NCBI RefSeq assembly: GCF_009208775.1
Contig: NZ_WFLM01000008.1
Location: 35,206 to 67,205 of the forward strand
DNA: 32,000 nucleotides
Reading direction: 5' to 3'
Origin: Silvanigrella paludirubra
Lineage (GTDB): Bacteria; Bdellovibrionota_B; Oligoflexia; Silvanigrellales; Silvanigrellaceae
Shown here: piece by piece, positions 26,244-32,000 of the stretch
How positions within the stretch are numbered: position 1 is the first letter of the stretch
Layout: every line of letters begins with the position of its first letter
Position numbers and translations under genes: made by a program
The notes under the pieces: generated by a model
What the model saw: the letters and a program-made list of their open reading frames with translations, nothing else
Databases searched by the model: none
What the model was told of the DNA's origin: nothing

Positions 26244-26799
26244 TTTTTTCCTTAGCAGGAGCGCATAAACCTAGTTCTCTTAGCATTTCAAATTCTCTGC
26301 CAGAGCGAATACGTGTATAATACTCCAAAAATTGTGTTGCTTTAGCGGGTGATGAGTTTTCTAGAAGTTTTGTTACCTGACGTGCAGGTAACCTACTTAA
26401 TAACGCTATTACTAGATCTCTATCCATTGTATCCATTACAGGAGCGACTTTTCGAGGTTCCATTTTTGAAACAAACTCAACAGCCTCTTTCACCCTATCC
26501 TCTTTCAGTTTTTTCTCTTTTTGAAGTGTTTCGTCAAGTAACCTTTTCTCTTCTTCAATTTTTTTTAGCCTAGAATCTACATCAAGACGAGCTAAATCAT
26601 AAGATTTTTTTGCCTCTTGTAATTTAACGATTTTTTGTTCGATATCTTGTTTGGTAATTTCAAGCTCATCACGAATTCGCATAGCTTCTGTAGCGGTTAA
26701 TTCTCCCCTAGGTATGACAGGAAGATTTTGGGCAAAAGTTTCATTTTCAAAAAAACCGTTTAATAGAATACAAGGAAAGAAAAGGAGTAAAATAATCAC
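26215..26799 (-). CDS. flagellar YlxF/MotE-like protein (coiled coil + MgtE_N-like domain)
   Basis: An N-terminal hydrophobic segment, a long coiled coil, then PRKVAPVMDTMDRDLVIALLSRLPARQVTKLL. The position after fliJ matches ylxF in fla operons. The GTG start (26799) overlaps the fliJ stop as GTGA, with GAGGTG RBS. Confidence 0.6.
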   Translation of the reverse strand: MIILLLFFPCILLNGFFENETFAQNLPVIPRGELTATEAMRIRDELEITKQDIEQKIVKLQEAKKSYDLARLDVDSRLKKIEEEKRLLDETLQKEKKLKEDRVKEAVEFVSKMEPRKVAPVMDTMDRDLVIALLSRLPARQVTKLLENSSPAKATQFLEYYTRIRSGREFEMLRELGLCAPAKEKNEEKGKSPP

Positions 26800-27254
26800 T
26801 CTTCACCTCTTTCTTGAATTTGATTTCGTAAAAATTTTTGAGCTCCAATTTCATCAAGGCGTGCTTGCTCTTTAATAGATTCTTTTTCTAAAAATTGTTT
26901 TTTCTTTATATCTTTAAGATTTTCAATTATTTTTTGATTTCTTTTGGATTGAATTAAGGCCTGTTGAAATACTTCTAAATCAGACTGATATGTTCTTAAA
27001 TTATCTAAAAGCTCCATTATTCTTTCTTGTCTTATTGTTAATGACCTTTCAAATAAAGATATTTTATGCATTTGAGCTAATTGAACACTTTTATTTAATT
27101 CTTCTCTCTCATTAAAGTAAAAATCTCTTTCTTCATTGATCATTCTTTTTAATTCATTAATTATATTTCTTGTATACTCAACTCTAAGTTCTGCATCACG
27201 AGTTTCTTGTTCCCTTAAATTTAATATTTTTTGTAGAGTAAACCGAAATGTCAT
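26796..27254 (-). CDS. fliJ: flagellar export chaperone FliJ
   Basis: A ~150-aa all-helical protein with a typical start (F.F.LQKILNLRE) and a position after fliI. ATGA overlap with the fliI stop. Confidence 0.8.
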   Translation of the reverse strand: MTFRFTLQKILNLREQETRDAELRVEYTRNIINELKRMINEERDFYFNEREELNKSVQLAQMHKISLFERSLTIRQERIMELLDNLRTYQSDLEVFQQALIQSKRNQKIIENLKDIKKKQFLEKESIKEQARLDEIGAQKFLRNQIQERGEE

Positions 27255-28594
27255 ACTTCTACCTCTCTAGTTAATTCATGTAATAAACTTAGAGAATCTT
27301 CAAAATTACAATTTATAGATCGATCTTGTTTTAAATAAGATTCAATTTTAGGAAGAATTTTTATTGCTTTATCCAATTTTGGATTCATTCCTGGATTATA
27401 GGCGCCAATTGTTATTAAATCTTCATTTTTTTGATATTCAGACATTAAATCTCTTAAAATACTAACTTCTTTTAAATGTTTTTCATCTGTAATATCTATC
27501 ATAACGCGACTAGCGCTCGAAAGAACATCAATAGCTGGAAAATGATTTTTTTCGGCAAGTGATCGGGATAAGTTAATATGCCCATCTAAAATACTTCTTG
27601 CAGAATCGCTTACTGGATCATTAAAATCATCACCTTCAACTAATACAGTATAAATACCTGTTAATGAACCTTTTGAATCGCTATTTCCAGCTCGCTCTAA
27701 TAGCTTAGGTAACAAAGAAAAAACGGATGGAGTATATCCTTTTGTTGTGGGAGGTTCTCCTACAGATAATCCAATTTCTCTTTGAGCCATAGCAACTCGT
27801 GTAAGGGAATCCATAAGTAATAAAACTTTTTTTCCTTGTTCTCTAAAATATTCAGCAATTGCTGTTCCAACATGTGCTGCTCTTACTCTACTTAAGGGAG
27901 ATTGATCGCCAGTTGAAACAACAACTATACTTTTTTTCATACCTTCAGGACCAAGATTTTCTTCAAGAAATTCTCTAACTTCTCGACCTCTTTCCCCAAT
28001 TAATGCAATTACGTTTATTTCGGCATCAGAGTAACGAGAAATCATACCCATAAGAACACTTTTACCAACACCAGAGCCTGCCATAATGCCAATACGTTGC
28101 CCTTCACCAAAACTTAATAATCCATTTATAGAGCGAATACCTGTATCAAAATGACTTTGTATTCTTTTACGGATTAATGGATTTAAGGGTTCACGTACAA
28201 TAGAGTACGGCACGCCTTGATTTTCAGTAAAATTTTTGCCTGTCATGGGGCGCCCATAGCCATCAATTATTCTTCCAATTAAATGCTCCCCAACCATTAT
28301 TTTTTGTTCACGTTCTATGCATTGAACAAGGGAATTAGCACAAACCCCAGTAGGATCAGAAAAAGGAACAACCAATGATTTTTCTTTTCGAAAACCGACA
28401 ATTTCACCTTCAATTGAGAACGTTTTTTCTCGATTAAAAATGCGAACTAAAGCACCTAAAGGAGCATCAGATAAAGTAACTTCAATTACTGTTCCAACAA
28501 TTTGGACAACTTTTCCATATTTTTCAAATGAACTATGAGAATCTATTATTTCTCTTTGTTTCTTTAGCTTTAATAGGGCTTGATTTGAAAACAT
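27251..28594 (-). CDS. fliI: flagellum-specific ATPase FliI
   Basis: Walker A GSGVGKSVLMG, Walker B LLLMDSLTR and F1/T3SS ATPase architecture, 447 aa. Confidence 0.95.
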   Translation of the reverse strand: MFSNQALLKLKKQREIIDSHSSFEKYGKVVQIVGTVIEVTLSDAPLGALVRIFNREKTFSIEGEIVGFRKEKSLVVPFSDPTGVCANSLVQCIEREQKIMVGEHLIGRIIDGYGRPMTGKNFTENQGVPYSIVREPLNPLIRKRIQSHFDTGIRSINGLLSFGEGQRIGIMAGSGVGKSVLMGMISRYSDAEINVIALIGERGREVREFLEENLGPEGMKKSIVVVSTGDQSPLSRVRAAHVGTAIAEYFREQGKKVLLLMDSLTRVAMAQREIGLSVGEPPTTKGYTPSVFSLLPKLLERAGNSDSKGSLTGIYTVLVEGDDFNDPVSDSARSILDGHINLSRSLAEKNHFPAIDVLSSASRVMIDITDEKHLKEVSILRDLMSEYQKNEDLITIGAYNPGMNPKLDKAIKILPKIESYLKQDRSINCNFEDSLSLLHELTREVEV

Positions 28595-28597
28595 TTA

Positions 28598-29818
28598 TTA
28601 AATTGCCTTTTTTAATTCAAAATTTTCTTTTTCATTTTTTTCTGATTCATTATTTATATCTTTAAACAATTCAGACTTAATATTTTGAATAACATGATCA
28701 ACATTTTTCTTAATATCCACTAGAGAAGCACCCGTATCATTTTCTATCTGAAAGCTTCCAATTTCAAGAGCATTGTTTTCTTTTATTTGAATTCTTGAAT
28801 TTTCATTCATAGATTCAAGATGCTTTTTAATTCTTATAGCATCACTAGGATTCATTTGAATTGATAAGGAAGACGTTGCACTGAAGGATTTTAAAACTTC
28901 ATCAAATAACTTTATCAATGATGAATCACTTACTTTTATTTGTTCTCTCAATATTCTTTCACAACAAAGTTTAGCTAATTCTAAAAAAATATCTTTACCT
29001 TCTTCGATTAATGAAATTTTTAATTTATCCATTCGAATGGCAGCTTCTGAAATATTTGAAAAAGCTCGATCAAATTTGGATTCAGAAGCAATCAATCCTC
29101 TTTCTTCACCAGTCCGAAAACCGTTTGAATTTCCTTCTTCATATCCTTTTTTAAAACCTTCTTCACGTCCTTCTTTTTCTCCTTTTTCAAAACCTTCTAA
29201 ATGACCTTTTGAGTAGCCTTCTTCTTTTGCTTCTTTCAATTTTAATTCAATCTGATTTTGATCTATTTCATTTGGTTTATTTATATTTTCAATTGGCTTT
29301 TGTTCCATTTGAGGTTTTATTTCAACGTTTTTTTCTTCAATATTTTCTTTTTTTTCATTAACTTCTTCTGATTTACTTGGATTAAAATTTGTGAATTTAT
29401 TCTGATCATTTACTTGTTTTTTTTGTTGATTTTTTTTATTTTTATTATCTATTTTAATTTCTTCAGAATGCTCAATTTCAGCAAGTTCTAATGCCATAGC
29501 TTCTTCTTCATCCATTATAGATCTTCTTCTTCTCTTAACCATTTCCCTTTGACCTTTTTTATAATCTTCAGTCATATCTCTTGGAATTAATGGCTTAGAT
29601 TTTTCAGCAAAAGGTTTTTCGAATTCTTTTGCAATTTGAACTTTTTCAGAAATTTCTAGTGGGTCATGCATTTTCTCTAATATAACAGTTTTTTTAACAT
29701 TATCTGGAAAAATAATACTTTGTTCATTAAAATGAAGCCATGGATAACTTTCCATATCAAGCATTTTCATTACTTTTTCATTTGATTTTTTAACAAGTTT
29801 ACCAACTCTAGAGCCCAC
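28598..29818 (-). CDS. fliH: flagellar assembly protein FliH with long low-complexity N-terminal extension
   Basis: A C-terminal FliH/YscL-like domain and a run of GxxxG repeats (aa 201-241), positioned between fliG and fliI. GTG start with AAGAGG RBS 6 nt upstream. Confidence 0.8.
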   Translation of the reverse strand: MGSRVGKLVKKSNEKVMKMLDMESYPWLHFNEQSIIFPDNVKKTVILEKMHDPLEISEKVQIAKEFEKPFAEKSKPLIPRDMTEDYKKGQREMVKRRRRSIMDEEEAMALELAEIEHSEEIKIDNKNKKNQQKKQVNDQNKFTNFNPSKSEEVNEKKENIEEKNVEIKPQMEQKPIENINKPNEIDQNQIELKLKEAKEEGYSKGHLEGFEKGEKEGREEGFKKGYEEGNSNGFRTGEERGLIASESKFDRAFSNISEAAIRMDKLKISLIEEGKDIFLELAKLCCERILREQIKVSDSSLIKLFDEVLKSFSATSSLSIQMNPSDAIRIKKHLESMNENSRIQIKENNALEIGSFQIENDTGASLVDIKKNVDHVIQNIKSELFKDINNESEKNEKENFELKKAI

Positions 29819-29836
29819 AAAAACCTCTTATATAAA

Positions 29837-30835
29837 TTACACTAATGCATTTTCTCCACTTGCAGAAATAACAATTTTACCTTCATCATTTAATCTACGA
29901 GCTACTTGAACAATGGCAAATTGAGCCTGTTCGACATCGGATATTTTAGCAGGTCCCATAATTGTCATTTCTTCTTTTAAATTTTCAGCAGCTTTTTGAG
30001 ACATGTTTTTGTAAATTAATTCTTTTACGCCTTCCGAAGCTGTCTTTAATGCTAGTTTTAATTGCTCTGGCTTAACTTCACGCAATACTGTTTGAATTCC
30101 TCTATCATCAATTTTAATTAAGTCATCAAATACAAACATTAATTTACGAATATTTTCTGCTAAATCTGGATCTCTTTCTTCTAATCTATCTAATATATTT
30201 TCTTCTGTAGCTTTATCCATAAGATTTAGCATTTCAACAATAGGATCAATACCTCCTACTTTAGAACTTGTTACGTTTCCTAGTCTCTGGATTTCATTTC
30301 TTAAAACATCATCAATTTCATCTATAATTTCAGGTGAAACACTTTCTAAACTTGCTACTCTTAAAATTAATTCTGTATGCAAACTTTCTGGTAAAATTTT
30401 TAGACATTCTCCAAATTTTTTTGGGTCTAAATGAGCTAAAATAAGAGCCATTGTTTGCGGATGCTCACTTCTTAAAAAATTGGCTAAAGTTTTCGGATCA
30501 ATTAATTCTAAAGATTCTAAGTTTGCATTTGATGTTAAAGAAAGTTCATCAATTAAAGCATTTGCTTGGTCACTTTTAAAAGCAGATTCAATTAATCGTT
30601 TTGTAAAGTCGTTACTTCCTAAGAAGTATTTTTTATTTGATTGTAGAATTTGGTAAAATTCTTCCATTACAGTATCAATTGCATCACTATCAACACGACC
30701 AAGTCGACTCATAGCGCTACCAATGCGCTTGATTTCAAACTCAGTCATATGTTTGAAAATTTCTGCAGATATTTCTTCGCCAAATGCTAGCAAAAGAATT
30801 GCCGCCTTCTGGGGCCCTGTATACTTAACTGCCAC
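29837..30835 (-). CDS. fliG: flagellar motor switch protein FliG
   Basis: TGPQKAAILLLAFGEE..., a C-terminal torque-helix region and 332 aa. GTG start at 30835 with GAAGGGG RBS. Confidence 0.93.
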   Translation of the reverse strand: MAVKYTGPQKAAILLLAFGEEISAEIFKHMTEFEIKRIGSAMSRLGRVDSDAIDTVMEEFYQILQSNKKYFLGSNDFTKRLIESAFKSDQANALIDELSLTSNANLESLELIDPKTLANFLRSEHPQTMALILAHLDPKKFGECLKILPESLHTELILRVASLESVSPEIIDEIDDVLRNEIQRLGNVTSSKVGGIDPIVEMLNLMDKATEENILDRLEERDPDLAENIRKLMFVFDDLIKIDDRGIQTVLREVKPEQLKLALKTASEGVKELIYKNMSQKAAENLKEEMTIMGPAKISDVEQAQFAIVQVARRLNDEGKIVISASGENALV

Positions 30836-31042
30836 ATTATCCCCTTCATACTATTTTTTTTATTTTAATGCCAAATTTCTATCTTAGGGAGGAATAATAA
30901 GAACCACTTGTCAAATTAAAACAAGGAAATTATTTTCTATTACTTTTTTTCAAAAATTTGGCTGTTTTGTTAAGAATTATTTTTTAATATAAATTAATAT
31001 TATCTTATAAAATATTTAAATTTAATTTTAGGTAATATTTAT

Positions 31043-31885
31043 ATGAAATTATTATTTAAAAAAATGTATTTACTCCTTTATAATTTATTTTTATTCTCAA
31101 TTATTTTTTCACATTTCCAAATTAAAGCAGAATTACCCAGTGATATAAAACATATTATATCAAGAGGAAAGCTTATTGTAGCTGTTAACTCAGTTGATTA
31201 TCCTCCCTTTTTTTATCATAACAAAGATAATAAACTTGAAGGTTATGACATTGACATAGCTCATGATATAGCAAAATACTTAGGAATTGCAGTTGAATTT
31301 AATCAATCAGCTAACACATTTAAAGGTGTCGTCAATCTTGTTGAAAATGACAAAGCCGATTTGGCGATTAGTGCTATAAGTGGAACACTTACAAGAGGAC
31401 TTATTGTCCGTTTTTCAGATCCATATGTAACTCCAAACCAATCCTTAATTTTAAATAGACTACTTGAAGTTCAAATTTCTAATCACATTAAAATAGCTCC
31501 ATCAAAGGCTAAAATTGCAATATTAAATAATTCCTCTTATGAAGACTTTGCTAAACAAAATTATGATTATTTTAAAAACAACTTTGGCGATTTTTCATTT
31601 GTTAAATATGACTCTCTTGAGCAAGCTTTTTCTGATGTACTTGACGGAAATATTTTAGGATTATATGTAGATGAAATTTATGCAAATTACATGACTTATG
31701 CTAACAAAAAAGCAAATATTTTTACTCATAAAAGAATAGTACAAGAAGCAATTGATCCTATTTCAATTGCTGTAAATTGGAAAAATCCAAATTTAGCATA
31801 TTGGGTAAATTTATATATTCGAAGAATGAAATTTAATGGAAAAGAAAAAATACTTTATAATAAATACTTAAGAGATAAAAAATGA
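31043..31885 (+). CDS. periplasmic solute-binding protein, family 3 (amino-acid type)
   Basis: An N-terminal signal/TM segment, then LIVAVNSVDYPPFFY..LEGYDIDIAHDIAKYLG...ADLAISAISGTLTR..FSDPY, typical of PBPb domains. Confidence 0.75.
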   Translation: MKLLFKKMYLLLYNLFLFSIIFSHFQIKAELPSDIKHIISRGKLIVAVNSVDYPPFFYHNKDNKLEGYDIDIAHDIAKYLGIAVEFNQSANTFKGVVNLVENDKADLAISAISGTLTRGLIVRFSDPYVTPNQSLILNRLLEVQISNHIKIAPSKAKIAILNNSSYEDFAKQNYDYFKNNFGDFSFVKYDSLEQAFSDVLDGNILGLYVDEIYANYMTYANKKANIFTHKRIVQEAIDPISIAVNWKNPNLAYWVNLYIRRMKFNGKEKILYNKYLRDKK

Positions 31886-32000
31886 TACAACGCTTAAAGA
31901 AAATACTTTTAAATCATTGGACAATTTTAATTGCTATGACGTTAGGTATGCTATATGGTATTTTTCTCCCAAAATCAGCTCAAAACTTAAACTTTTTTGG
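31882..32000 (+). CDS. membrane transporter, N-terminal fragment (possibly a dicarboxylate/amino acid:cation symporter)
   Basis: The ATG at 31882 overlaps the upstream stop (ATGA). MIQRLKKILLNHWTILIAMTLGMLYGIFLP resembles the first TM helix of DAACS-family carriers. Truncated by the window edge. Confidence 0.35.
   Translation, partial: MIQRLKKILLNHWTILIAMTLGMLYGIFLPKSAQNLNFF

Noticed and set aside
30836-31042. Search for a sigma54 (TGGCAC-N5-TTGCA) or sigma28 (TAAA-N15-GCCGATAA) flagellar promoter upstream of fliG
   Set aside because: There are only partial matches: TGGCAT on the minus strand without a correctly spaced GC element, and a TTGACA without a usable -10. No promoter class can be assigned from sequence alone.
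1-32000. Scan for tRNA, rRNA, CRISPR repeats, tandem repeats and IS termini
   Set aside because: There are no T-loop-like GTTCGAATC-type motifs in cloverleaf context, no regularly spaced direct repeats, and no rRNA-like conserved blocks. The intergenic regions are short, except 16088-16547, which is simple AT-rich DNA.

Overview
AT-rich bacterial chromosomal segment from a flagellated, Gram-negative-type organism (LepB, periplasmic binding protein, FliGHIJ). Gene content faintly suggests a Bdellovibrionota/Oligoflexia-like lineage, but that is a guess I cannot test without a search. Most of the window is housekeeping: speA, folD, phhA, rpsD, lepB, a type-2 ileS, tig, bcp and an rlmL-like RNA methyltransferase. 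A tightly coupled fliG-fliH-fliI-fliJ-ylxF/motE-like block lies on the minus strand. Accessory or unusual content: (i) a 1065-aa secreted M9 collagenase-family protease behind a ~460-bp, ~11% GC intergenic region, next to a divergent LysR/MDR-oxidoreductase pair; (ii) a minus-strand run of rdgC-like, bcp, CarF/TMEM189-type lipid desaturase and a family-4 UDG homologue with a replaced catalytic motif; (iii) a patatin-like phospholipase with a receiver-like N-terminal region and a proline-rich membrane protein directly downstream of the flagellar block; (iv) a small locus of secreted or low-complexity proteins at 10.0-11.6 kb, including an Ala/Pro/Lys-rich basic secreted protein. I recognised no tRNA, rRNA, CRISPR array, transposase or integrase. 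I did not find a clear-cut novel multi-gene system. The candidates above are the best leads, and all functional calls rest on motif recognition by eye.
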